A stretch of DNA of 62,456 nt, counting the filler, from Porpidia crustulata (Eukaryota), in NCBI GenBank assembly GCA_964255105.1. It is 8 parts of 8 records of this genome, joined end to end, with 100 filler letters (N's around TTAATTAATTAA, not from the genome) between each part and the next. Parts side by side here need not be neighbours in the genome. Positions count along the whole stretch, not along the records: positions 31,311 to 39,026 come from CAXUWE010001251.1; positions 39,127 to 46,842 come from CAXUWE010001252.1; positions 46,943 to 54,655 come from CAXUWE010001253.1; 5 more parts are not named here. The stretch is one strand, 5' to 3'. This document shows, one piece after another, positions 35,855-48,025 of the stretch. Under the pieces are notes generated by a model that was not told the DNA's origin, did no database searches, and was given only the letters and a program-made list of their open reading frames with translations. The stretch's first letter is position 1. Each line of letters starts with the position of its first letter. Position numbers and translations under genes: made by a program.

Positions 35855-38296
35855 GCTGATACTGTCCGAACAAATCCCCGGAGTACGAAGGGAACACAAG
35901 TAAATAAGAAGAAACAGCTTAGACGACTATCTACATAGATGGCTTGAGTCTCAACGAGGAAGGGATAGCGTCATTTCGGGAGATTGACCGCCTTCCAAGA
36001 ACGAAGAAGGAAGTCATGATGAGTGTCAAAGTAACATAGATGGATTAGGTACTTGCCACTCTTCCACACCGAATTCGTCGGATCAAAATGTTATTCGCCA
36101 GCGTCCTGAGCTGCTTTGGGTCGCGAGACTAGACCGTAGTCTCTTTGAATACTTGCGCCTCTTCATTGCTGCTCAGGTCTACACCGTTTTTACAGTTTGG
36201 TCAAGGTGTGGCAAATGAAAAAGTGTAGAAAGAGAAACTAAAGTAAAGGCCCTTGTAGACATCCACAAAGTGAACGTTTTAACTGGACCTTGGCATGGGT
36301 GATGAACAGGATATGTTGAGTTCATCCTTTATCATTTTAATATATCGTGGAGCTTGACTTTGTAATGTACCGAAAGGTGCATCAAAGATTATGTGTGACG
36401 ATGAGGCTGAGCGCGGGCGGGCCTGGGGTAAAGATCTGATATCTAATCTACTCTAAAACCTGTCTTAGCGCAATCTAACGTTTCCAATCACCACGTCGAA
36501 TGGGTGCAGTTAGTGGCACGACGTACAAATGTACATACTTACACGCCAAGGACATGCCAAGTCAACAGCCCCGTACAAATTTAGCCGTTCTGCCTGCCCA
36601 TATCTCGCCGATATCAAGATTGATGAAGCGTTATTTCATGGGCTTACCACAATTAAAGTCACATGACAGTGTCACGTGATGTTGATAACTGAAGTTGAAG
36701 CGTTGATTTTATGAATATTTTGAACCCAACAGCACTTCCTCTGATTGATCGCTGGCAAGATCCATTTGACGAGCGGGTAGGGTGAATTTGGAGCTTTCTT
36801 GAAAGCAGATTCGTGAAACGTTTGCAGTTGAATATACAGTGCGTAGGTACGCTTCTTGAAGGGTGCGCGGGAGGCGAATTTGGAGATTCTTGGGGAGTCG
36901 CATTGAAGGATGGTCGGGACGTAGATCTGGAGTACAAAGGTGGAAGTATTCGAGAATATCTAGGAGGTGAATTTGAAGAAGTGTACCGGTTTACGCGTGT
37001 ACAACGCGTTGAACATTTGAAAATTGAGAAAGGAGCGTAGACTAGTTCTATCGAGTATGTGAATTTAATTGCGCTTTCTCTTGATAATCCCCCGAAACCT
37101 CATGCTAAAGTTGGCGATACGCTCGCGCACCGAACAGTGGTTGCCGGTGATGACTTAATCAAACTTGTCAAAATGTATGTAATAGGCGCTCCCAAGTGAA
37201 GATCCCCTCGGAAATCTGTGAGACCGGATTATACTCAAATTCTTCGCTACCGGCTGTAAATTTGTGCATCTTACTCGTCGATCGTCACATTTATTCTTTC
37301 ATCAGTACTTCGACGAGAAACCTCCCCCTGGTTCCGCTGCCTTACCCTATGGAGTGATTCTGCTCACGAAGAATGTGCGCTGCTGCTTATGCTGTTTTTC
37401 CCCAGGGATATGCAAGTGGCTTCCGATGTAGAGAGCTATTCGGCACAAATATGGACATTTATAAGATAGATCAGTGCCTTGCTGAAAGTTCTGAAGTTCG
37501 TAAGTCACTGGCGCTTTGCATCCATTGCGAGATAGTTTACACTCAAATGCTCTCCCTCAGCGACTCATTCGCAACATGAGGGACTATAAGTAATGCTAAG
37601 CAGATGCAATTGAAGTCCGCACACTCAGAAATTAAATCAGAATGGGCAGCGGTTGTTGCTAGTCGTTTTGGAGGTAGTATGAGTAAAAGGAGAGAATATG
37701 GACTGCAACATGGTGCAACAAGCGCGTGCTTGGTCTGAATATGGGAAACAATTGACAAGCTGATTTAATTCCTTGATAGCCTGTCTGGTGCCGAAAAGAC
37801 CCGCGATTTTGGCAACGCTCATGCACTTAATGTGTACCTTACGTGAAGCGCACTCAGTATCTTGGTCCTTGTCATCTGGATATCAGAGATCGAATTTGGG
37901 CAGGCATTTCTGCTGGTATATCCGGACATTTAAGACAAGCTAGAGTAGCATATTAGACAGGATTATGACGTTGGGCGGCTCGGGGTTTATGATAATAGAT
38001 CACTTCTTTCCCTTTCGATGTCTAAGATGGTCTGTAGCGACTCGATTCTTTATACTTGGTACGCGTATATGGTGGTTGTGCGGAACCTATCAATATTAAT
38101 TAGTGTTCTGAGACGTGACAAGATTGGGATCGTCTCGCTGCAGGAACACGCGAAAAGCTTCGAATTGCGAACTCTTCCATTGAACGGCGGAATGAGGAAA
38201 CATTAACATTTCAACAGCACTGAGCATCATACCAAATAACTATAGCTTGAATCGGTCTGATCCAAGGAACCGCGCTGGACACTGGATTTGTCAAAC

Positions 38297-39026
38297 ATGG
38301 CCGCCGCTCAAAGCTCCTCAATTCCTCCATCTAACGTCGAATACGGTGGTGGTATGTAAGACCCCATTTCAAGAATCGCGTATTATAGCTTTGGTTAACG
38401 AGCTGTGCAGACGAGATCTCTGCTCTTGTGCTAGATCCAGGGTACTCAACAACACGCGCTGGCTTCGCTGGAGAAGATGTGCCAAAATCCGTCATTCCGT
38501 CTTATTACGCCACAATTTCTTCGGGCTCGGATCGCAAATACCTGTTCGGTGAGAATCCAATACATACGCCTCTACCAAATATATCAATAGGGAATCCTAT
38601 GTCTACAGATGGCACGGTTGAGGATTGGGACACTGCGACGAACTTGTGGGAATACGCAATCACATCACGACTCACAAACACGAAGCCAGGAAATCCCCTG
38701 ACGAATGGGCTTAATGATAAACACAATGACATGGACGTGGAGATGGAGGGCATGGAAGAGCAAGAAAAGCCATTGGAGGAGAACCCCTTGATGATGACGG
38801 AAACTGGCTGGAATGCAGGTAAAAGTCGAGAGAAGGGCATTGAGATAGCCATGGAGAATTGGGGCTGTCCGGCGTACTGGCTCGCTCGAAATGGCGTCCT
38901 AGCAGCGTGAGTCTCATATGTGTCACTCTCTCGCAGACCAGTAATACCAAATTAGGTTCTCCGCTGGCAAATCCATGGCCCTTGTAGTCGACATGGGCGC
39001 ATCATCCATCTCGATCACTCCCGTCC
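38297..39026 (+). CDS. ARP4: Nuclear actin-related protein 4 (NuA4/INO80/SWR1); 3' truncated
   Basis: [45 protein letters not shown]...[11 protein letters not shown]...[10 protein letters not shown]...[14 protein letters not shown]. Confidence 0.93.
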
Positions 39027-39126
39027 NNNNNNNNNNNNNNNNNNNNNNNNNNNNNNNNNNNNNNNNNNNNTTAATTAATTAANNNNNNNNNNNNNNNNNN
39101 NNNNNNNNNNNNNNNNNNNNNNNNNN
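39027..39126. other. Artificial contig linker
   Basis: N44-TTAATTAATTAA-N44. Confidence 0.99.
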
Positions 39127-39162
39127 CTGTACGGTCTATTGATCTCTATATGACTGGCCTAC

Positions 39163-39346
39163 CTTTAGCCTTGAAACTGGTATCTGTGAAATTCGTCGGT
39201 TTCGGCCGTGCTTTCCCAACTTTGAGCTTCGGTTTCTAGAAAAACGCACTTTCGGTTAGACAAAGCTGGAAGCTTGCTCATCGCTGACGACATACTTGGA
39301 AGTCCTTCTTCTTGTCCTTCTTCTTCTTAGCACTCGATCCGCCCAT
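39163..39346 (-). CDS. IPI1: Pre-rRNA processing protein Ipi1 (Rix1 complex), first two exons only; missed by the ORF track
   Basis: MGGSSAKKKKDKKKDFQ|KPKLKVGKARPKPTNFTDTSFKAK is the characteristic Ipi1/TEX10 N-terminus. The contig starts within intron 2. Confidence 0.85.
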
Positions 39347-39823
39347 TGTTAGGTTTTACTCCCGAATTTTCCGGAAGATGGAAGAGTAGAGGAGGCCCCC
39401 TACCAGGTTCTGTGGACGCAAAAGGTAGCGCGAGCAATGAGTTTCCGGCGGGACAAGGATTTTCTCAACATCAGCAGTTCGTTTTGGGATCAGTCACCCA
39501 CCGCATCCAATTTGTCGCAGAGCCTGAGTCAACGAGCATTTGAATACTCCAAGACTGATCCGTTCCCCCTCATATTGTCATACGTCACTCTTGTTCATCT
39601 GGTGAAGTCCCTCTGGTTCCGGTTCCTGGCCAGGGAGCGAAACGCATTCTTCTGGTATTTTCTCTTGGGATCTATTGTCACCTACAGCATCATTGAGGGT
39701 CTCTATTTCTACATCCTGTTTGAAGGTGGTCACACATCTCCGTTTCTGCAAAGCGGAACGGGTCTCATGTTCCTCTGTTTCAACATAATATTGCATGGTA
39801 TTCCGTGAGCGATAGTACTGGAG

Positions 39824-40386
39824 ATGGTACAGGCTACGGTGAGTTCACGCTCTACTTCTAGTGGACTTGTTGTCGCTAACTCAACATAGCCTGCCTCAAC
39901 TCTGGACAACCTATCACGCTTAGCTGCAAAACCTGGAGTTCAATCGACACTGATCCTTTCGAAAGCCGATGGTACGATCATCCGCAGCAGTGGTCTCCTG
40001 GCAGCCCCTTCCCCCCCTTCCCCACGAAATGGCTCCGCAGACAATGACGTTGGGAAGCCAGCTGATACAGTCAATGGACAAGCTGGCTATGACGGTGCAA
40101 ACAGTAAGGGCAATATCGGCCAGAACGCAGAAAAGGTCGCGAGGATGGTATTCACGTTCGTTGCTGGAGCTCGAGAGTTCACAGAAGGCATGGATGATGC
40201 AGACGAGGTTAAACTTCTTCGATTAAGAACTCGCAAGAATGAGATAGTCATCGTCCCAGGTCAGTCTTGGTCTACCTTAGTGCTGAGATTGGCGGTACAA
40301 AGGATCGCTTTACGTTGGTCCCATCACTAATACTTCGACCAGATCCAAAATTTCTCCTTGTCGTAATTCACGATGTACCCTCATGA
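39824..40386 (+). CDS. Dynein light chain roadblock/LC7 family protein
   Basis: Three exons: MVQAT|PASTLDNLSRLAAKPGVQSTLILSKADGTIIRSSG...DEVKLLRLRTRKNEIVIVP|DPKFLLVVIHD. Confidence 0.9.
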
Positions 40387-42411
40387 CACATTGTTACGTG
40401 GCGAGTAGCCCTCGTTAGGAGGCAAGCATGAACGCAGCATGGAACCGGCGTAAGGAGACTGGAATCTGGGATTGTCTCTGGTCATTCGTCTTTGTGGAGA
40501 TCTTTTTGCATTATACCCCATAAGTCAAGGTGTTGTGCATTAGATATAGGGCACTAGCTTATATATGGGCGACAACAGCTACAACTTACAGTACAGATAC
40601 TTTCTTCATAATGGTTTACAGTTGCCTTCTTTCGCTAGCGTGGTAGGACGCGGCCATGCATTGCCTAAAAATCCTTATGAGTCAAGTTTCGGTGACAACT
40701 GCCTTTACCTTCTTGCGACCTGACCTGCTTCTCTCATGGACTCTTTTCATGTAGTGCGAATCAATCTTCAAGTCTATACAAACGTCTCTTTTGTGACATG
40801 ACCTAAAGACGACAATTCCCTCGTCGAATCGAACGTTTGGTGTGCTAAGTATGTCAATGCGATATAATTCGACTGAGAGTAAGGTTCTTCGAGTTCGATT
40901 GAATAAAATGCTGATGGCATCATTGTTTCCTTGATGTCTTTTTCATCTTGATGCTACTTCACCATCTCCATGACCAGGGGTCGAGTTTGACTTGCTCTCG
41001 TGGTTGTTTCGTCAGCTCATATGGGGTGCTGATGAATGGGCAAGGATGGACTATATAAAGAATAGGAGCCAATACTTCATATCGTGATTTTGCTGCATTG
41101 GATACTATTATGTTGAATTCTTTGTCATGTCATTCCTTTTCACAGAGGATCTTTCGTTCATTTGAATTTTTTCCCACGAGTTCCTGACTCAGAATCTGCC
41201 GAAAATCCTCCTTCGAGATCAGAGCATGGAAACCGCCGCATTGGTATGAGATGTGGATCAAGTCATGGCATTCATTAATGGCCAATTGCATCAGAAGGCG
41301 CTCTCAAATAGTCTGAGGGCTGCTCATGGTTCCACTTACAAGGAGTCGGTACCAACGGTCGATATCTTGGATGCTGCAATCTTAGTAGTCGTATTACAGG
41401 ATTGCTATCCGTTTCAATTGATCTTCTGTTCATCACTAGTAACTACGGTATGACCACAATGTCTTTGCCGGCAAGCCACCAGGGCACTTGATTGGCGGAA
41501 GAGAACAATTTGCAGCGCTGCGTCTGGAATACACTTCATCCCGGATCTGTCATGGTAGTCTATGGTATCTTTCTTATGGAGCGCACAAAGATGAAGTTAT
41601 ATTTGCATCCACTCGGGCGCACCTCAAATGAGATTGTTCCCCTAGTATTTTTACCAGCTTTAGGGCCTACACAATTCCCGGAGTCATCGAGCCTTATCCT
41701 CGACGAAGATATAAGCAATCCCAAGATTCGTGCTCGCAATGGTCCTAACATGATGCAAACAAGCAACCGCTGGCAGCCGAGGCAGTTCGATATGCACTAT
41801 GAGCCTAGAAGCGGAGTTCCTATCGCTGGTACTGCAACGTCGGGTTGAAGTTATGCAACTCCCCACACACCACACATTGACGGGCTTCAAGCTAAGAAGC
41901 TTATCATCTCGACTTACAAGGCCTCACACCACATCGGTCCTCCACTACTGCCAGCACTATGACTACTGGCGCTCTCAGGAAAGCGGATGCTTGCAATTCG
42001 ATCTGTCATTAAAGCCATTACTGATTTGACCACCGCTACCAGGCCACAATAATCTACTCCTAACAGCCAGTCAACGACGGCAAGCTCTCGGTAGCGCACT
42101 TTCGTCTGCATATGATCCATGGCAGAAACATTCCCACATACTCTATCGTACACCTGCAGGACCTCGGTGTGTGAGACAGCCGTGGTCAAGGGAAACATCA
42201 TGCTATGTTAATCACCTTCCTGTTTCGAGCTATCTAGCTCAGTGCCCTATCTCCTCTAATAAATCTGAGGGCCATTGGCCATCGATTATGATAAGTAGAG
42301 CATGCCGCTTGGCATATATAGAGCATCTTGCATCCCATCCCTGCAGCTGGCAGAATTCTTTACGTCCTTTCATCGCTCTATTATTCCAGCCCGCTCGATC
42401 TTCTATCAATC

Positions 42412-44290
42412 ATGGCTGGTCAGATGGGAACGCTCGCTCTTGATGGCGGTGATGTTCGTTTGGGATCCACGGCTGGTGTTCCCGAGGCAGAGGTGAATCG
42501 ACCAGTTGGTCGCAAACTGCACGACCCAAGTGTCACCATGGAGGAGTACATGCACTATGCCTCAATCACACGCGCAGATACACGACATGAAGCTTCTCAG
42601 GGAGCGAACAACTACCAAATCGGAAAACCGAGTTTTTTCGGCAAGAAGACGGTTCCTACAACAGGCGCCGCTGACTCTCCTTCTGCTTCCGTCGCCAACG
42701 AGAAGGGTGCAGGTATGGACACTCGGGCTTCGCCTCCCATGTCGGCATTTGCCATTGGGGACGAAGAATATGTACAGGCATCACGGGCTATCCGAACCGC
42801 CACCTGGGGTGCAGTATTCTATTTAATTACCACGGATATCCTAGGGCCATTCTCCACAGCGTAAGTGACCCATAGCCTAACGTGTACGCAATAGACTTAC
42901 CTTATCGGTGTTCTAGGTGGGCGTTCAAGCAGATGGGCTACGGACCTGGCATAGTACTCTACACAATATTTGGCATACTTGCCGCGTAGTATGTAACACG
43001 CGATCAGGAGTGGATATTGGCTAATACACTGTCAGTTCTGGTGCTTTGTTATGGAAGATGTTCTTACAGTTGGATTCCGACCGCTACCCACTGAGAACTT
43101 TCGGCGACCTCGCTTTCCGAGTCTATGGTTCAATCATGCGACACTTTGTCAGTGGGCTTCAATCGCTCCAGCTGTTCTTCAATGTTGGCCTTATTATTGT
43201 CACCAATGGACAGTCCTTGTCGCAGATCGCTGCCAAGGGCGCAGATAAAACCCAGGATGGTGCCTGTTTCATCATCCTCTGTTTGGTATGGGGTATCGCT
43301 GGGGCGCTTCTTGGACAGATCCGAACGCTGGCAAGACTCGGATGGTTAGCCAACGCGGCAATCTGGATGAACGTTTTCATCATCATTGTGTCCATGGCAG
43401 TGATTGCGCATTCTGGCCCCAATTTTGTGGCCGCTAAAGCCAACAATATGGTGGATCCCGGGCCAATCTTCAAGACCGCAGGACCACCTCCCGATGTTGC
43501 GTTTGACGGACAGGTTGTCGGTCTCATGCAAGCAGTCTTTTCCTACGGAGGTGCTATGATCTTCATCGAATTCATGTCCGAGATGAAACGGCCTTTCGAC
43601 TTCTGGAAGGGAATGCTTTTTGCACAGGCCTTCATCTTCTTCTGTTACATATTCTACGGACTCTTCTGTTATTCTTATCAAGGCCAATTCACCATCAACC
43701 CGGCGTTCCAGGGCATCTCAGGCTACGCTTGGCAAACGGTCTCGAACGTCTTTTACATCGTTTCCTCACTCATTGCCGGCGTACTATACGGGAATATTGG
43801 CGTCAAAGTTGTCTACAATAACGTGCTCGAGGAGCTATTGAAATTTCCGAGCTTAGGCACGAGGGCCGGGAAGCTGGCGTGGGTAGCGGTCGTACCGGTC
43901 TACTGGGCTCTCGCGTTCATCGTGGCCGCTGCCATCCCTCAAGTCAGCAATTTATCGGGCTTCATTGCTGCAGCGTGTATCCTTCAGTTTTCATATACAA
44001 TCCCGCCGTTGATCATGGTTGGATTCCAAGTCAAGAAAGACGCACTCCAAGCTGGAGAAGGATTCGATGCTACAACCGGCAGAACTACCCATCTCGATTC
44101 TGGCTTCGCCCGCATCAAGCGGGGATACATGAAGAAAGTCTTGTTCAACACCTTCAATATCTTGTTCTTCTTGGGTTCATGCGTCACGGCTATCTTGGGT
44201 ATGTATTCCGCTGCCAAGGGCATGAGAGACTCCTATGCCAAGGGCGCACCGCCTTCATTCAGTTGCCGCAGCCCTGTTCTTACTGGCTGA
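42412..44290 (+). CDS. Amino-acid transporter (Aa_trans/AAAP, Mtr-like)
   Basis: ASRAIRTATWGAVFYLITTDILGPFS..W..KQMGYGPG; LDSDRYPLRTFGDL; FSYGGAMIFIEFMSEMKRPFDFWK; many hydrophobic helices; two introns near 42861-43035. Confidence 0.92.
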
Positions 44291-44721
44291 ACGCTGGAAT
44301 AACTGTACAATCGATGTAGGAGGATGGTTTCACGTGGATGATTTCCGTTGTTATTGGAACTGTTCAGATATGGATGCATAATATATTCGCTACGTACTCT
44401 GGTCTAGTTTCCGATTGAAACAAAGTCTCAGCTCTGCAGTCACTTACATCACATGTACTATGCAAATGCAATAACAATGCGTCTCAGAGCCCGGTAGACG
44501 AAGGCCTAGAACCACCATACGCCATCGCCAATGGGTACTAGAAGCATCAAACCCTTAGCTGGACTTGGTGTTAATGATGAATGAGAATATTGGTGTGGTA
44601 AGTCAGGTGACGAGAAATCCGGAGGTTGCATGACACGGAAAGCGGAGTGTGTGGGTGCATCAGCTACACGTGATCAACGGTCTCGGCGTTGGCAGATTGA
44701 CGCACTTTCACCGTGGCAAAT

Positions 44722-45030
44722 AGGGGATCTCGATGTTACGCATAGGGTAAAGTTTATGCGCAACTTTTGCCCCTTCCTTCTCTATGATTTTCATACTAGG
44801 CAGCAAGGACCAGACATCCTACGATATTGCAACTTGCAATTGGATGTTGGGTAGAAGCAGGGTCTTTCGGCTAGACTCGCTCCTACTGTGCCTTGGCTGG
44901 CTACGTACAACTAACACCGTGTACCTAGTGAATTGACTGGAAACCCCTCGCGTGATATTCTTCACTTTTCCATCACTACGTCAGTGCCATAGCGGGGCAT
45001 TGCGTGCCTGCCTACAAATACCTTGCCCCT
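44722..45030. promoter_or_regulatory. Putative stress-response elements upstream of HSP12
   Basis: STRE cores AGGGG 44722-44726, CCCCT 44944-44948 and CCCCT 45026-45030, plus CRE-like TACGTCA 44977-44983, all within 430 bp of the ATG. These are short motifs, so chance matches are possible. Confidence 0.45.
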
Positions 45031-45151
45031 CTACGACCTGCTTTCTCTTTTTTCACAACTCACATACATTTCAAATTCTCTACCTTCTACACGCATCTTC
45101 CTCAATTCAAAACAACTCAAACTTCTTCAATTTCAGCCATCAACCGTCAAC

Positions 45152-45667
45152 ATGACTGACTCAGGGTAGGTGTCTCACTTCTTTTGCTAGCCATCCCGCT
45201 TTACCAAGACTAGTATATGTGAAGTGATTCAACTGATAATACGTTTCTGTAGACGCAAGGGTGTCACCGATCAGATGCAGGAGAAGATGACTCCCGACTC
45301 CCAGAAGTCAACTTTGGACAAGGCCACTGAGTCTGTTTCTCAGACTGGTGACAAGCTCGCTGGTGCTGTTCAGCCAGGTAATCTTTCTTTCTACATTATG
45401 CCTACCATTTCATAGACTCACACCCAGTCTTAGACTCTGAGAAGTCCACTACGCAGAAGCTCTCCGACTCCACCCGCTCTGGCAAGGACGACGCCCAAGA
45501 CTCCAGCAAGAGCTACCTTCAGTCCGCCCAGGACACTGTCTCCGGTGCTGCCAGCTCCGTCTCAGACACCCTCCAAGGTAGACCTTTATTTCTCGTCTTC
45601 CCCTCCATGTTTTACTCACCATGGGACAGGTGTGGCTAACTCAATTTCGGGTCAAGGCAAGAAGTAA
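45152..45667 (+). CDS. HSP12: Small hydrophilin heat-shock protein Hsp9/Hsp12
   Basis: Four exons: MTDSG|RKGVTDQMQEKMTPDSQKSTLDKATESVSQTGDKLAGAVQP|DSEKSTTQKLSDSTRSG...TLQ|GVANSISGQGKK*. Confidence 0.9.
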
Positions 45668-46257
45668 ATACAGCAATGATACCCTATATGGCCGGTTTCT
45701 TTGTGTCTTTCGGAGTGTGCGCGAGCGGATCCTTTCCTGGTGAGGACCTCGTTGTCATGTCAATGAGGATACCGGGGTACTTTGCCTGGATCATTAGTTG
45801 TGGTTTATGTGAACGATATGGAACATTAGCAACCGTCATGGCACCAACTGCTTTCTTTATGGCAGTGTCTTTACCTAGTAGCTTTAGCTAACAAGCCCAA
45901 GGGCAATGCCTGATCGTATTCGCTTGTTCCTCACTCATATGTCTGCGTGATATTAATATAATTATGTCGTGCAAATTCTCATGTCTATGATAAGATTTTG
46001 AGTCTTGAGTTTTTTTCGACACCATCAGCAAAACATAATTTGAAGCAATGTTGTGATCTTTAATGAATGTTAAAAGATCAAAGACGACGTCTTTGCCATG
46101 TTTGTTGCCGCCACCACCTTCAAGCCACAGCTAGGGTAGTCGCGGACCCCCACAAGCCACTTATCTAACACTAAGCGTTTGTCGAACACCTAGTTGCAGT
46201 GGGAGTCTGGCGTCGGATTTAAACCTTTGCTTTCTCAAAGCATCGTACCGTTTTCCA

Positions 46258-46842
46258 ATGGCAAAGGAAAAGGGCTCCCTCAACCCCGCCGCTGCCCATT
46301 TAAAATCGGAAAAGCAAAAGGCCCTCAAGAAAGGTTCGATTTCCTCTCCTCTAGTACCTGAGATCGCTCTTGGACCTCTTAGAAACTAGATCGTCTATGA
46401 AATCCCGTTCCAAAGACCCCAAGGCTGAAATATTTCACAGGCAAAGCAGCCATTCAAGCTCAACGAACAAATCGCCTTGCAACCCGGAATCCTTCCCGGC
46501 TAGAGCGTCAGATCGACGACCTCAAGGCCCTAGAAAATAGTCATGGGAAGCTGAGTACATATGAGAAGAAGCAGCTGGAGGAGTTGGAGAAGGACGTTTT
46601 GAGGGTAAAGAGAGCACGGGAGGTTTTGGGAGATAAAGCACCTCCTCTTGGTGGTGCTAGAAGGGATGATGGGAGGGCAGTATCAGGAGCAGGGATTAAG
46701 AGGAAAAGAGAACAGGAGATGCAAGAGCAGAGTAGTGAGACGGATGAGGACGTAAGAAGGATACCAATGCCCCGCGACACTCCCCCTCCGATCCCCTTCC
46801 AGCCACGGCCCCGTAGGAGCAATGGCAACGCGCATCTAGAAC
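46258..46842 (+). CDS. WBP11: WW-domain-binding protein 11 family splicing factor; 3' truncated
   Basis: MAKEKGSLNPAAAHLKSEKQKALKK|GKAAIQAQRTNRLATRNPSRLERQIDDLKALE...ETDEDVRRIPMPRDTPPP. Confidence 0.8.
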
Positions 46843-46942
46843 NNNNNNNNNNNNNNNNNNNNNNNNNNNNNNNNNNNNNNNNNNNNTTAATTAATTAANN
46901 NNNNNNNNNNNNNNNNNNNNNNNNNNNNNNNNNNNNNNNNNN
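46843..46942. other. Artificial contig linker
   Basis: N44-TTAATTAATTAA-N44. Confidence 0.99.
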
Positions 46943-48025
46943 CTGTAGGACAGAGCGCATCGGCGCCCCGAATGATCGTAGCCCTTAGGCGACCCCCAAA
47001 AAAGAACTTTCAGGTCAATGAACAACCAGCCTAATACCTCCGTCCATCCTAGCCTCCATCCGGGGGAAAGGAACACGCATGTCCTGGAATACAGCAGCAC
47101 TGATAGGCCGCCGCGCCGTTGGGCCCGCAGCTACGTTTTTCGCTGTTCTGCGGGCTCGGGGTCGATACGTTGCGACGACACTGCGATTGAAACCAGGGTT
47201 GTAGAAGAGAATTCTGTATTCGAGAACGGTTGCGAGTTTCTATTTCCAGGAAACATGTGTTCCTCGTAATTTTTTTGTGGGCTCGGCGTCAGTTCGCTGG
47301 ATGGGGAGAGTGATGTATGGGGGCGAGGTTGGGTGCCATGCGTTTTGGAGCGTGGTGAGGTATAGGTATACAACCGCATTTCCATTGATTGCGTGGCGAA
47401 CACCTCACGCATGTCGCAGAAAAGCAAACCACTACACCATTGTACCAGCGCCATTAGGAATCGAACCTAATCTGATCATAACTAAACGGTTCATCATGGT
47501 CACGTTCATTGCTTGGTACCTCCCGAAGCGGATTTTGAAAGCGGGGAATTGTTGGGCTCGAGAGAGTCGACGCTTCCGGCATAAAATTGGAGTCATTGTT
47601 GGTTTGTGAGTTTTGCGATGCAGGTATGCTGGCCAAGGAAGGGTAAGAAAGGGAAAACATGTTTGGAGCGCTCTTGCGAGTTGTTTATCAGCGATGTTGT
47701 CCCTGCTCTCCGTGCGTCAGAAACCAGCATCATTCACTCGCGCAAGGGTGGTAGGTTATAAAAAGCACTGGACGATTCTTGCCCGGTCGCGGAAATCTAC
47801 CTAGGGGTCGTAAAGTAGAGTGGAGAAATTGATATCTAATTTCTATATTAAATTTATATCCCGTCATTCATTTCTTGGAGATGTGGATTATATATGTGTG
47901 TGTCCATGGGCCAGAGGCGGAAATTTTTTTCCGTTGTCGACAAGTCTTCACTCCCTCCGTTTCATGGTTCATGGTTGTTGTTCCTTCTTGCAGTTTCAAG
48001 TATATCTGGTAGCGAAGCCCCCCTT

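Noticed and set aside
40400..42300. Short ORFs between the roadblock gene and the amino-acid transporter (also 15662-17500 and 46943-48000)
   Set aside because: No recognisable motifs or consistent splice models; treated as intergenic.
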